A DNA stretch of 64,000 nucleotides from Sedimentisphaerales bacterium (GTDB lineage: Bacteria > Planctomycetota > Phycisphaerae > Sedimentisphaerales > Anaerobacaceae). Below the pieces are notes generated by a model that worked only from the letters and a program-made list of their open reading frames with translations, ran no database searches and was not told the origin of the DNA. Positions 47,963-58,316 of the stretch are shown here, piece by piece. How positions within the stretch are numbered: the first letter of the stretch is position 1; each line of letters begins with the position of its first letter. The DNA is taken from contig OY970194.1 in NCBI GenBank assembly GCA_963708075.1, positions 3,424,001 through 3,488,000 of the forward strand. Direction: 5' to 3'. Position numbers and translations under genes: made by a program.

Positions 47963-50290
47963 TCAGAACATCCAGAAATCGATATCCTTGAGCACCGCCC
48001 GTCGCTGGACCTCCGTGACGTCCATGTCACTGATCAAAGCCGCGGCGGAGACATCGCGCGTCAGGACTGTCGAACGCTGACCAGTTGGAAGGGTGGAATC
48101 GGATTCAAGGATTTCCCTGATCGCCGGCCAGAGTAACACGCCGTTCTGGTAGACCGCCGCCACGAGAGGCAGATCCTCGTTCCATAGAGAGACGGCCTCT
48201 GGCGACAACCAGCCGTACGTGATCGACAACAACACGCTTTTCACTCGTTGCTGGTAGATCGCGTTGAGCAGCTCGACGTAGGTGTGTTCCCGCCCCGCCG
48301 GGATGGTGACCGTAATGGTCGTGCTCAAGTCCTGCTCCGCACCTTGGTCGTTCAGAAGACTCTCTTGAGTCGGGTCATACAGGCGTGAAATCCTGAAACT
48401 GCCTTTGACCTCAAAGGACAGCGTGACACTCTCGCTGGTGGCGATCACATCGAATATCGCGATCTTGTGCATACCTGCGCTCGTATTATCGCTATGCGAA
48501 CTCACGACCTCAGTCTCTCCGGCGCGGTATCTGGTCAACTCGCCGCTGCCGGAGAAGCGGAACACAAGATCCATTTGATCTGCATAACGGTGTTCCCTTA
48601 AGTAGGCTTCAGCAGCTTCTCTTGTCTCGGGATCAGCGGCGGGTCCCCAGTGCTCTCTGTCAAGATCTGCTGATAGAGCATACGTTTCCCTGTCGCCCGG
48701 GCCAGGACCGGCCTTGCTCATCATCCCGTGCGGCGGATAGGTACGTCTGGCATTGCTCAGATAGGGATCAAGCTGACCCGCGAAGATCTCCAGTCGCCAC
48801 TCCTCTGCTTTCTGTTGCATCGCGGCCAAGGTATCGCGGATCGTTTGTCTCTCGGCGTCGGAATATTCTGCTGTGTCGTTGGCGTCAAACAATGCCCCGT
48901 TCACGGTTCGCCACGACAGGGCAATCAGAGACAATGACCTCTGCTGTGTCTCCAAGGCGTTGCGTATCGCTGCACAACGCTCGGACACATCCTGCGGCAG
49001 TGTCCCTTCCTGGAAGTCCTTGAAGAATTTCCAGCCGGGATCATTCCAGTCGACGCCCACAGGAAGTGCGGCAGTCCGCCCCACGACCTGATCGACATAG
49101 AAGTTCATGATGGCCTGGTCCAGAGTCACAGACGCTGCGGCGGCAGCAATGCGGTACGCGTTTGTTGGCTGAGCCACTAGGGCGGCCCCACTGTTGCCGG
49201 AAGTGGTGAGCGTGCCGAGGCAGATGGCGATGCCGGCGGCGGTCTTCAGGGCGCCGGGGACGTGCCAGACTTCCTTGAAGCATTGGGTGCCGGATTTGCG
49301 TTGGAGCCAGCAGCCGCCCCGGCAGGCGGGCGAGTAGTCACAATGGCCGCGCTTGCCCTCCGGCCGCCATGACCGCAGGTCCTGGAAACCTTCCGCCCAT
49401 ATCTGCGCCAGGGGCCGTTCGTGGATATTGCCGGCGCTGCATGAGCGATCCAGCGTGGTGCAAGGCACGACCGCGCCATCCGGCAGGACGACGCACTGGG
49501 CCCGGCCCGCCCCACAACTCAGTGGCATATCACGCACCAGCGGTTCGAGGTAGCCTAAGTAGCCGATCTCGTCGGCCATCTGGACATTGAAGTACCGCCT
49601 CTTGCGCACGACGAACTTGATGAGCCTTTTGAGTTGCATCTTCGAGAGGAACAGGTCCTTCCTTTCGGCCGCCCTGCCCTCCGGCACGAGCAGGTGAATC
49701 CCCCACTGGTCAGCGCCACCGGCCGCGACCAGATGAAATGTCTCATTGAGGCAATCGTAATTGCGGCTGGTCACCGTTGTGCCCGCGCAGACCCGGACGC
49801 CGAGCGACTTGAAGAATCGGATGGCCTCGGTCGCGTCCTCGTATGCCCCGGCTTTGCCCCTGAATCCATCGTGCACATCCTTCGGCCCATCCAGGCTCAC
49901 GGCGACAAAGCCCGGTTTGTTGCGCGCGATGGCCTCGCGCAGGCGCGCGTTCGGCATAGCGGCCGTGTTCAACGACCAGTTCACTCCCCTGCCGCCCAGG
50001 TACTCGATCACCTCCACCAAATCCTCCCTCACCAGTGGCTCTCCCCCCGTAATCAGAAACTCCCGCACTCTCATCCGGGCGACCTCGTCGACCAGCCCTC
50101 TGACCTTTTCGACCGGCATGTCGGCAAAGCCTCCCTCCTGACTGACCGCCAGGCAATGCTGGCACGACAGCCCGCACCGGAGCGTCGCCATCCACTGCAC
50201 TAAGCCCGGCACCTCCAGATACCCATGCTCTGCGAAGAACTCGCTGCTGTGATTGATCCTGTGACACCCGACTTGACTGTGCGTACCCAT
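47963..50290 (-). CDS. Radical SAM/SPASM protein with large C-terminal fusion
   Basis: TLRCGLSCQHC, ITGGEPL, VSLDG and SPASM CGAG..C..DG...PC..GNI..C..CRGGC, then a hydrophobic segment and ~410 aa of unrecognised sequence. Confidence 0.88.
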   Translation of the reverse strand: MGTHSQVGCHRINHSSEFFAEHGYLEVPGLVQWMATLRCGLSCQHCLAVSQEGGFADMPVEKVRGLVDEVARMRVREFLITGGEPLVREDLVEVIEYLGGRGVNWSLNTAAMPNARLREAIARNKPGFVAVSLDGPKDVHDGFRGKAGAYEDATEAIRFFKSLGVRVCAGTTVTSRNYDCLNETFHLVAAGGADQWGIHLLVPEGRAAERKDLFLSKMQLKRLIKFVVRKRRYFNVQMADEIGYLGYLEPLVRDMPLSCGAGRAQCVVLPDGAVVPCTTLDRSCSAGNIHERPLAQIWAEGFQDLRSWRPEGKRGHCDYSPACRGGCWLQRKSGTQCFKEVWHVPGALKTAAGIAICLGTLTTSGNSGAALVAQPTNAYRIAAAAASVTLDQAIMNFYVDQVVGRTAALPVGVDWNDPGWKFFKDFQEGTLPQDVSERCAAIRNALETQQRSLSLIALSWRTVNGALFDANDTAEYSDAERQTIRDTLAAMQQKAEEWRLEIFAGQLDPYLSNARRTYPPHGMMSKAGPGPGDRETYALSADLDREHWGPAADPETREAAEAYLREHRYADQMDLVFRFSGSGELTRYRAGETEVVSSHSDNTSAGMHKIAIFDVIATSESVTLSFEVKGSFRISRLYDPTQESLLNDQGAEQDLSTTITVTIPAGREHTYVELLNAIYQQRVKSVLLSITYGWLSPEAVSLWNEDLPLVAAVYQNGVLLWPAIREILESDSTLPTGQRSTVLTRDVSAAALISDMDVTEVQRRAVLKDIDFWMF

Positions 50291-50352
50291 ACGAACTCTC
50301 CCTTCTTCTCAAGAGCCGCCGACAGAATGAAGACGCGCCGAGGCTGCCCACA

Positions 50353-50449
50353 TGTCATTCCCGCGAAGGCGGGAATCCACTCACGTATCGAACGTTTCTG
50401 GACCCCCGCCCCCGATCGGGTCGAGGGCAAGCTCTGCGCGGGGGTGACA
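50353..50449. repeat. Gene-less pair of GTCATTCCCGCG-family palindromes with a nested insert
   Basis: TGTCATTCCCGCGAAGGCGGGAATCCA is identical to the GIY-YIG flank; the opposite arm TGGACCCCCGC...GCGGGGGTGACA is degenerate. Confidence 0.85.
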
Positions 50450-51407
50450 TGATCAGCCTCATTCTGTCAGAGGCTCTGAATAGAATAATGACTTCAACGC
50501 GTCGATCAGCCCGCCTGATCCACGCATACAAAGAGCGATTGCACAGATTCGATGCACAAAGACTGGTTGTGAAATGAAGCCGGTCCGGCGAACTCCTTAC
50601 CAATCCGCAAGCAGTTCAACCCGAGGCCAAAGGCGGGACTCTATGATGTCGGAAGATACTATTATGATGACTGACAGAGATATGATAGCCACGTTTCGCC
50701 CGCCTTCATACCTCAACGTATCCACGTACGATTATCGCAAACCGCGGCTCATTCTGCAAGCTTCTTCCGGGCAGATCGGGTGCGGCCGACATTCGGTGGC
50801 GGGTTCCGATTCCACCAGACCCAAGAGCGCGCCCCGGTCTTCTGTCGCCCCTGCGGGGCTTTGGGATAGGATTGGCTATTGGCACCCACCGTTGAAACGG
50901 TGGGCTATTGTCGATCGCCCCTGTGGGGCGGATGGGCTGACGCAGGAGGACTGGGGCGCAGTCGAAGCCCGCAGGGCGACAGAGAATAGCCCAGCGATTC
51001 ATCGCTGGGGAACCGGGGCCAAGGATAAAAACCAGTCCCGTAAGGGACGAAAGAGGGGCGATCCGCACACGGCGGCTACACGCCGCCACCATATTCCGAC
51101 CACATCCGGCAGATCAGCCGGAATTCCATCGGAAAGTGAAACGGCCTGACAATGGATCAGGGACCCATCGGTAAGCTCCGCCGCTCTCCGCTTGCCGCTA
51201 CCACCCGATTACCCGACTGTTCTCAAGGACATATATGAGGCTTCCATGTCGGTGGCCTCTCGGCCGGATTGCCGCGATTTCCTGCGTGAAGGGGGTCACC
51301 AAAAGGGAACGAAACGGTAACATGACTGTAACATACGCATGGCAGATTGCTATGGCGTGAGATATGCTGTTCCTGTCGATCTTTCTCTGAAGTAGAGGGA
51401 AGGCATT

Positions 51408-52253
51408 ATGAAACGGGAATTTGTGGACACAATCGGTCTGGTGACGCTGCTGCTTTGCTCGTTCGCGTGTTTGGCTCGAGCCGGCGAGACATCCGGGGGC
51501 TGGCCGGAGAAGTTCGGGGAGCGAAAGTTGTACCGCTACGACTGCGGCTTCGTCTATGCCAGAGACAAATCCGCCGCCAGGCAGGTGCAAAAGACGATCG
51601 TGGACGTGGCGAAAGACGTGAAGCGTGATGGCGCGACCAGCCCGATAGCCGGACTGGTGCTGGTAGTGGACACGAAGGAGAAATTCCCCTTCGACATCGA
51701 CGGACTGCTCCAGGCCATGAGCAAAGCTCAAGCCCAGGAGCCGAACGGGCAATCCAAGGACGTGGCAAGATCCCTCGCCGAGGGCAAAGAGGAGGTCGCA
51801 AAGCTCGGGCTGAGTATGGAGACGGTGCTGTCCATCATGCCCATTCCGATCAAACCCATCGCACTGCGGGAAATCGCCCGGGAGTTTCCGGAGGATGTGG
51901 ATCGGCAAATCGCATGGTGCGTCGTCGTGCCGACAAGCAGGTGCACCAAGGCCGGCTTCAAGAAGATCATCGACGCGGGTATAAAGAAAGAAAAGCCCGG
52001 ACTGGCGGAGCGGGCGGCGATGGCGGCGATGATGCCCATCATCGAGCGCAAGGTGGCCTCGCAGATGAAAAAGGCACAGCAGGCCCTCTTGTATGAACTC
52101 CTCCTGGAGGCCCGGAAAGACCTGTCCGCCGAGCAGAAGGCCCAGAAGGTCGAGGCCTACAAACAGGAGCTGGGCCTGGATGACGATTTCAAAATAGGGC
52201 CGGGTGGGAGCGACGAGGATGCGGCGACCCCAGAGCCGGCCGAAGACGAATGA
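51408..52253 (+). CDS. Hypothetical secreted protein
   Basis: Signal peptide (LVTLLLCSFACLARA); GC3-biased codon usage. Confidence 0.75.
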   Translation: MKREFVDTIGLVTLLLCSFACLARAGETSGGWPEKFGERKLYRYDCGFVYARDKSAARQVQKTIVDVAKDVKRDGATSPIAGLVLVVDTKEKFPFDIDGLLQAMSKAQAQEPNGQSKDVARSLAEGKEEVAKLGLSMETVLSIMPIPIKPIALREIAREFPEDVDRQIAWCVVVPTSRCTKAGFKKIIDAGIKKEKPGLAERAAMAAMMPIIERKVASQMKKAQQALLYELLLEARKDLSAEQKAQKVEAYKQELGLDDDFKIGPGGSDEDAATPEPAEDE

Positions 52254-52402
52254 TGGCCAACCGCAAGCTCGTGTGGCGTGAAAGCCCTTACCTCTTGAAG
52301 GCATGCCTTGCCGGGCCGTATAATCCAAACCCATGAGGGGCCCGCCGCATGCTTGTGCAAGCGTGCGCGTGGCACCCGGCGTTGTCTTTTCCCTGTAGGC
52401 GT

Positions 52403-53503
52403 ATGCGCGATTTCAGCAAAGCGAAACGAGTGGTCATCAAGATCGGGACGAATACGCTGGCCAAAGACGGCGGGATCGACGCCGGGTATATCGGCGGCGT
52501 GGCCGCACAGGTCAAGGCCCTGCTCGACAGCGGGCCGCAGGTGGTCATCATCACCAGTGGGGCCATCGGCATGGGGGCCGGACAGCTCGGCCTCACGGAG
52601 AAGCCCAAGGAGATGAAAATGCGGCAGGCCTGTGCCGCGATCGGCCAGCCGATGCTGATGCAGGAGTATCGCAAGGCCTTCCTGCAGCACAGCGTGCAGG
52701 TCGCCCAGGTCCTGCTGACAGCCGAGGTCCTCACCAATCGCAGGACCTACCTGAACCTGCGCAACGCGATCGAGACATTGCTCCATCTGGGCGTGGTGCC
52801 CGTGCTCAACGAGAACGACAGCGTGAGCACGGCCGAGATCGGCACGGCCTTCGGCGACAATGACCGGCTCAGCGCCCTGGTCGCCAGCAAGATCGACGCC
52901 GACCTGCTCATCATGCTCACGGATATCGACGCCCTGTACGACAAGAACCCGCAGGAGCACCCCGACGCCAAACCCATCCCCGCGGTCTTCGAGATCACCG
53001 AGGAGATCGTCCGCACCGCCGGCGGCAAGGGCTCCGCACACTCCACCGGCGGCATGAAGACGAAGATCGAGGCCGCCCGGATCGCCGCGAACGCCGGCTG
53101 CCGGATCGTCCTGGCCAACGGCCGCGAAAAGGACGTCATCGCCCGCATCATGGCCGGTGAGCCGCTCGGCACGATCTTCATGCCCAGGCGAAAGCTCAGC
53201 AATCGTGCTCGCTGGATCCTCAACAGCCAGCCCGCCGGCACGATCCACATCGACGACGGCGCCTTGAAGGCCTTGCGAAATCACAAGAGCCTCCTGCCCT
53301 CCGGCGTTACCAGCGTCGAGGGCTCCTTCGAGCCCGGCGAAGTCGTCCTGCTCAACACAACCGCCAAGGCCGTCACCAGCCTCAGCAGCGTCCAACTCAA
53401 GACTCTCGCCGGCAAGCACAGCACCGAGATCAAGAAACTCCTCGGCCCCAAGCACCGCGACGTCGTCGCCATCCCGGAGGATATCGTCTTTCTGGACTAT
53501 TGA
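52403..53503 (+). CDS. proB: Glutamate 5-kinase with PUA domain
   Basis: VVIKIGT, TSGAI, LNENDSV, FGDNDRLSA, TGGMKTK and SLLPSGV motifs. Start ATG 52403. Confidence 0.97.
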   Translation: MRDFSKAKRVVIKIGTNTLAKDGGIDAGYIGGVAAQVKALLDSGPQVVIITSGAIGMGAGQLGLTEKPKEMKMRQACAAIGQPMLMQEYRKAFLQHSVQVAQVLLTAEVLTNRRTYLNLRNAIETLLHLGVVPVLNENDSVSTAEIGTAFGDNDRLSALVASKIDADLLIMLTDIDALYDKNPQEHPDAKPIPAVFEITEEIVRTAGGKGSAHSTGGMKTKIEAARIAANAGCRIVLANGREKDVIARIMAGEPLGTIFMPRRKLSNRARWILNSQPAGTIHIDDGALKALRNHKSLLPSGVTSVEGSFEPGEVVLLNTTAKAVTSLSSVQLKTLAGKHSTEIKKLLGPKHRDVVAIPEDIVFLDY

Positions 53504-53514
53504 GGAAGCGAGCC

Positions 53515-54216
53515 ATGCCCACAGAAACCCCTTCGTCTCGTTCATGGTTTCACCACTACAAGGTTGAGGTGGCCTTTCTGTGCTTCTTCGTGGCCGCGGC
53601 AGTCGGAGGCGCCTTCTACGTTGATCACGTTGAGTATCTGGGCGGTACGAAGAACGTTGGTTATCAGGGTTTCATAGCTGCCATGCAGACCTTTGGCGTG
53701 CTTAGCCTAATCGGCCTCGCGTTCATGATTTGGACACTTGTCCGATTTCTCCGATCACCCGGCGGCGGCAAACGCACGCCGGCTCACCTTGCCTTTCTCA
53801 CAGTCTCTGCCCTCATCCTCGTCGCACACTTCATGGTCACAGGACCGTTGGCGGCCACTTTTCTCCGCGGCTTCGAGCAATGGGTCCTGCGCGAGGTGGA
53901 CACCGATGCGATACAACAGTGGTTGGCCACCGATGGCCGCAACTACGCCGGCAGGCAATACAATGGGAACCTCCCTGAGGACTTGCCCGACTTTCTCGTT
54001 CGCTTCAAACCCAGGTACGTCCGGTTCAGCGACCTGGCTTCCGAGAGCGGGCTCCATATTGAGTTTGGATGTGGAGGCGGAGTGTCCCTTTGGGGCTTCG
54101 TTGTCGGGCTGCCTGACATGCCGACGCCGAAGGAAGGCGCGATCGACGTGAGCAGATCCACAGTGGAGTTCAGACGTCCAATCAAGCCCGGTGTGTACGT
54201 TTTCGACAGAGGATGA
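53515..54216 (+). CDS. Hypothetical membrane protein
   Basis: Three TM helices followed by a soluble domain. Confidence 0.7.
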   Translation: MPTETPSSRSWFHHYKVEVAFLCFFVAAAVGGAFYVDHVEYLGGTKNVGYQGFIAAMQTFGVLSLIGLAFMIWTLVRFLRSPGGGKRTPAHLAFLTVSALILVAHFMVTGPLAATFLRGFEQWVLREVDTDAIQQWLATDGRNYAGRQYNGNLPEDLPDFLVRFKPRYVRFSDLASESGLHIEFGCGGGVSLWGFVVGLPDMPTPKEGAIDVSRSTVEFRRPIKPGVYVFDRG

Positions 54217-54300
54217 CCTCCCAGTCGCAGGAAATGCGTGTACGCGAGTGCCTGTTCAGCGTGTGTAGATGTGAGTAAAGGTGGCATGTACAGGTGACAT

Positions 54301-54519
54301 ATGATGGCCTTGCCTTTCGCCGTGTTCTGCATCATGATTGTCGCGGGCAGGAGAGAGCTCGGCTGGAAGGGTTTCGCTGTCTTCATTGCGATCTGGGCGA
54401 CCCTTTTGGGCGTGGTCTTGGCACTGAAGATCGACCGGCACTTTTTTATCGCAGCGCAGGCGATCCTCGACGCGGTTCTGATCTCGACCATATATCTCAG
54501 CTTCACTCGATTGAGGTAG
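54301..54519 (+). CDS. Small hydrophobic membrane protein
   Basis: 72 aa, 2-3 TM; co-oriented and 3 bp from the next gene. Confidence 0.55.
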   Translation: MMALPFAVFCIMIVAGRRELGWKGFAVFIAIWATLLGVVLALKIDRHFFIAAQAILDAVLISTIYLSFTRLR

Positions 54520-54522
54520 GCA

Positions 54523-54873
54523 ATGATCGACAAACGGCTACTTGGCGCCTGGAAATCGGACTTGCGCAAGACATCGCAGGAAGCCCGTGACCGCTGTCGT
54601 ATTCCAGCCGCGAAGCGGAAGAAGTTCAAGCTCCTGTTCGGCAAGCTTCGCGTCCGATTCACGCGAACGAGAGCGTATATGGAGTTCCAGGGCCGGAAGT
54701 GGGTGGAACCCTACCGGGTCGTCGCGAAGGACGCGAGCAGTGTCGCCATTCTCGCTCCCGGGCTGTGGGATGAGGATGAACTGGAGATCTACCACATTCA
54801 CTTCGAAGGAAGGTACTACTGGATCTGGCCCGCCGTAGCCAACTTCCCAGAGTACTTCCGAAGGATCGAGTGA
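54523..54873 (+). CDS. Hypothetical protein
   Basis: GAGG RBS; DKRLLGAWKSD...EYFRRIE, lipocalin-like beta pattern. Confidence 0.7.
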   Translation: MIDKRLLGAWKSDLRKTSQEARDRCRIPAAKRKKFKLLFGKLRVRFTRTRAYMEFQGRKWVEPYRVVAKDASSVAILAPGLWDEDELEIYHIHFEGRYYWIWPAVANFPEYFRRIE

Positions 54874-54933
54874 CACTCTCTGCTGACTCTTGCCGAGAAT
54901 GCAACGTTCGATGTCGGCCCGCGTGGAACGGCT

Positions 54934-55140
54934 TTACTTCCAGACTTGCTCGGATTCCGACTCGTAGTGTTCGAAGGCGGTTTTCAGGCCGGTGATGACC
55001 TCGGCGGCGGTCTCGAATAAGGCCTGGCCTTTCGGGTCCTCGATCCTCCGGATGTCCTTTCGCAATTCCTTGGACATCTTGTCCAGTTTCATCTCCATGG
55101 CCCGCGGATAGTTCTTTGTCGTCCTCGTTCTCCTTGCCAT
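54934..55140 (-). CDS. Small conserved-looking hypothetical protein
   Basis: 68 aa helical, ALFETAAEVITGLKTAFEHYE; AAGGA RBS. Confidence 0.7.
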   Translation of the reverse strand: MARRTRTTKNYPRAMEMKLDKMSKELRKDIRRIEDPKGQALFETAAEVITGLKTAFEHYESESEQVWK

Positions 55141-55346
55141 GGCATCATCCTTTCGATCTCAGGTTGTCTCGTTGTCTTTCGATTATTCATGGATAGGGCA
55201 AGGGCAAGGACTACGCTTTTTCCTGATTTTCGCCTGCGGGCCTGTCATGCGGTTCTCGTTTTCACCGGGTGGCAGCGGCAAATGCAGCTTGCCGCTGCCA
55301 CCCCGGATGTTTGCGTTCGGCCGCGAAAATGCATCCGTAATAGGTG

Positions 55347-55595
55347 TCAGGCGGTGTCTTTTTCGAGGGCGGCGATGTTCTTCATGGCTTGGGCAAAGCT
55401 CTCGCCGCAGACGTCGGGCGCGGGTTTCCAGCCCGAGCAGAACGCGGGTCTGGCCGGCTTGCCGTAAAGGGTGCACAGATTCCCGTCGGTCAGGTTCACG
55501 CAGCGCATGCCGGCAGGCTTGCCGTTTGGCATGTTCGGCATCGCCGTCGTGATCGACGGTGCAATGCAGCACGCTCCGCATTTCTGACAATCCAT
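55347..55595 (-). CDS. YkgJ-type cysteine-cluster protein
   Basis: MDCQKCGACCIAPSI..GKPAG.RC..L...LC..Y...RP.FC. Start ATG 55595. Confidence 0.88.
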   Translation of the reverse strand: MDCQKCGACCIAPSITTAMPNMPNGKPAGMRCVNLTDGNLCTLYGKPARPAFCSGWKPAPDVCGESFAQAMKNIAALEKDTA

Positions 55596-55758
55596 GACTA
55601 CCCCCGAACGGGCCCCGCACAATCCATCTTCATGGGATACAACACCCAGGACTTCCCATCTTTCACCTGCCAATGCCATTTTATGGCCGCATCCGCCATG
55701 GGAAGCAACAGGAAAAACCAGCATACATGGTTTGGCATCTCGCGGCGGGAAAAAAAGC

Positions 55759-55782
55759 GGGCTGTGAGCAGATTCACAGCCC
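55759..55782 (-). terminator. Intrinsic terminator
   Basis: GGGCTGTGA/TCACAGCCC stem followed by a T-run on the minus strand. Confidence 0.7.
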
Positions 55783-55809
55783 GATGAATGCACACGTTGC
55801 CCGAACCGG

Positions 55810-56616
55810 CTATAAGGTCTTGCGTCGGCGCAGCCAGCCGACGAGGCCGGCGCCAATGCCCGCCAGCAAGATCGCCTGAGGTGCTGGAACCGGGATCTGG
55901 TTTGGCCATTCCAAGTAGTCCGGCCGGTCCTTGTTGTTGCTGATGTGAGACGCGGATGTCGAGAAGGCAATTCCCAGAGGGTCGCCGCTGCTCCAGCCTG
56001 TTATGCTGGTGAAGGTCGCCAGGGGCACGGCGATGTCCACAAAATAGTCATCATCCAGCGGCCCCGGTCCGCCGAAGCGTGACCCCGTGTACGGCGGGTC
56101 CAGGACGCCCGAGGCGCTGGAACGCCGCGAATACACATCCGGATCAAACCCGATGCTGTGAGGCGACCCGGCGAGCGTCACCTCCCAGCCTGTGGCAGGT
56201 CCGCCTGACAGGGCCTGGACCAGCTCCACCTGGTTGTCGCCCGACAAGTCGAGCTGTAGGGCCCAATCCACGTCGGAATCAGCATCCGTATTGAGCAGGG
56301 CCGTCCAGACAAACTGGCCGCCCCGACTGGGGTCCCCGTCGACCCGCATCCGGAACATCAGATCCTGCGCGGTGGAGTACGAGAAACCTGTGGCGAACGG
56401 GCCGTTACCATCCGGATCCATGCCGCCCACAAGGTCCATCGCCGCCGGTGGAGGCGTGTCGAAGTTGTCCACGCCGCTGCCGGCAAGGGCGTCCTGGTAT
56501 ACCCCTCCGCCGACCGGGACGGGGTTCCACTGGGTAGCTGACGCGGGCCATGACGGGGCCGCCCCCGCAGGCACGCACGGTATGAGTATCAGAGTCCACC
56601 AAATCGCTCGTCGCAT
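55810..56616 (-). CDS. Secreted PEP-CTERM/VPAP-type sorted surface protein
   Basis: AGGAGG RBS, signal peptide, C-terminal VPAPQAILLAGIGAGLVGWLRRRKTL. Confidence 0.88.
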   Translation of the reverse strand: MRRAIWWTLILIPCVPAGAAPSWPASATQWNPVPVGGGVYQDALAGSGVDNFDTPPPAAMDLVGGMDPDGNGPFATGFSYSTAQDLMFRMRVDGDPSRGGQFVWTALLNTDADSDVDWALQLDLSGDNQVELVQALSGGPATGWEVTLAGSPHSIGFDPDVYSRRSSASGVLDPPYTGSRFGGPGPLDDDYFVDIAVPLATFTSITGWSSGDPLGIAFSTSASHISNNKDRPDYLEWPNQIPVPAPQAILLAGIGAGLVGWLRRRKTL

Positions 56617-56842
56617 CACCGTCCTCCTTTTCTCCTCCCTGCAAAAACAGGCGTCCTCCGGACGTCCCCTTCTACAACTGTCATGCATCGCCGACGCGAG
56701 CCCCATGCCGTGGGAACGTTGTCACACTGTCGGCGGATGATTCACCCTGCCCAGGTTGTCCAGTGACATTTATGGTCCTCGTGGGTGGGAGTTCGGAGAA
56801 AATAGGAATTTTTCAGCGGGGAGAGACCTTCGACGGGGCCCT

Positions 56843-57304
56843 TCATCGTGACAGGCTGCCGCAGCCTTTGGAGACGGAACGCTGCTTGCGCGGGACGACG
56901 TGGATGACGATGGTGCCGATGCTGCTCTTGGGTTGGCCGTGCGCGGGCTGATCCGTGACCTGCACGACAATGGCGGCGGTCATCATCTGACGGGGAGTCC
57001 AGAGCAGCGTATAGGAAGAGGTTTTGGGCCTATTGATGATCTGCACGCCCTCGGGCGCGGCGAGGATTTCGACGGTGGCGGGATCGCCCTCCGGGTCACA
57101 CCACGTCCTCGTCTGCATGAATTGCTGCCCGACTTCAAGACGGACACAATCCAGAAGCCTGCCTACGACCACGTTGGGATCCACGGGGAAGGGACAATCG
57201 CGAATATCCGGAGTATTCGGCTCGGGACATGGGCCGACACTGCCGATCAGCAGCGGCACGACAACAGCCGCACTTGCCAGCCAACGCATCATGCTCTTCT
57301 CCAC
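56843..57304 (-). CDS. Hypothetical secreted Ig-like protein
   Basis: Signal-like N-terminus; DPEGDP..APEG..LLWTP pattern. Confidence 0.65.
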   Translation of the reverse strand: MEKSMMRWLASAAVVVPLLIGSVGPCPEPNTPDIRDCPFPVDPNVVVGRLLDCVRLEVGQQFMQTRTWCDPEGDPATVEILAAPEGVQIINRPKTSSYTLLWTPRQMMTAAIVVQVTDQPAHGQPKSSIGTIVIHVVPRKQRSVSKGCGSLSR

Positions 57305-57520
57305 CCCTGAACAATGGCGATGTACGGTTGTCCGGAATCTCTATCTCAGCTTACCCACTCCGCGCCGAATGTCAAGGCGAGCGGCCGCGTTGGAATTTGG
57401 CACTGCGACGTTCAGTGACACCTTCCGACCGCCGGTTTTTGCCCCCTGGGCCTCGTTTTCGTGTCCCGAGGGAGCCCTGGAGGAGCGGCCAATAATAATT
57501 CATCTTTTTTTTCATGGGGC

Positions 57521-57549
57521 TTGACAAAGGATCGAAGGCACCAGATACT
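57521..57549 (+). promoter_or_regulatory. Sigma70-type promoter
   Basis: TTGACA-N17-GATACT after an A/T tract. Confidence 0.65.
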
Positions 57550-57560
57550 AGCGAACACAA

Positions 57561-57672
57561 GAGTATTTGGGGCTACGTGTGCTCTGGGACCTACCATTGG
57601 CCGGCAAGAATCGAACGAGTGGCCGGTCAGTATTGGAGTAGGTGAATTGGCATGGGTGGTCCCCCGGGATTC
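57561..57672 (+). ncRNA. Candidate long-hairpin RNA / 5' leader
   Basis: Nested stems GGGGCTAC/GTGGTCCC, ACCTAC/GTAGGT and ATTGGCCGG/CCGGTCAGT, starting just after the promoter. Confidence 0.35.
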
Positions 57673-57750
57673 AGTGCTGAATCTCGCAGAGAGGCGCCGA
57701 GCCGGCGCCAGGATGTATGGATGTTTGTTACAGGCATAAGGAGGCCTACT

Positions 57751-58008
57751 ATGGCTCAACCAAGGAACGCAAGGAATACAGTTCCGACCAGCAGTATCAA
57801 CAGTGGCTCCGGCGGCGCAACTGCGGTTGCGACCCGCCCCGCCGCCACCAAGTCCGCCCCGTCGACGCGAGGCCCGCTGCCTACGCACGATCAGATCTCG
57901 AAGCGTGCACATGAGATCTGGATCAAGCGTGGCTGCAAGCCCGGTCAAGATGAGCAGAACTGGCTCGAGGCCGAGAAGCAGTTGAGGGCCGAGATGGCGG
58001 GCAGGTAG
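57751..58008 (+). CDS. DUF2934 domain protein
   Basis: DQISKRAHEIWIKRG..PGQDEQNWLEAEKQL; GGAGG RBS. Confidence 0.88.
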   Translation: MAQPRNARNTVPTSSINSGSGGATAVATRPAATKSAPSTRGPLPTHDQISKRAHEIWIKRGCKPGQDEQNWLEAEKQLRAEMAGR

Positions 58009-58316
58009 CCGCATACCCTCGAAGGACACTTTCGAGAGCCGACGGGGCAATCCTCGTCGGCTCTGGGATTCCATGACACAGCCGTCATGGCTGCATATGG
58101 GGGTGTTGTGACCTGCCAAGCCACAGTCCACGTGTCGTTCCTGGGATCGTGATGCCTCTTGTGCTCGCGAACCGGACACGTTGAGACAATCCTCGGCAAC
58201 AGAGCATTTCGCAGAAGGCATGAGTGTGCGTGACATTCGCGAGGCCACAGCTCGACTGAGCTCGTCGTTCGAACCGGACTCCGGTGAACTCGGTCGAGTT
58301 GAGGCCCGCGAGATCT

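Noticed and set aside
57412..58316. C-terminal ~300 aa of the 543-aa ORF 57412-59043
   Set aside because: Read-through caused by the frameshift; it overlaps the DUF2934 gene antisense and has no protein-like pattern.
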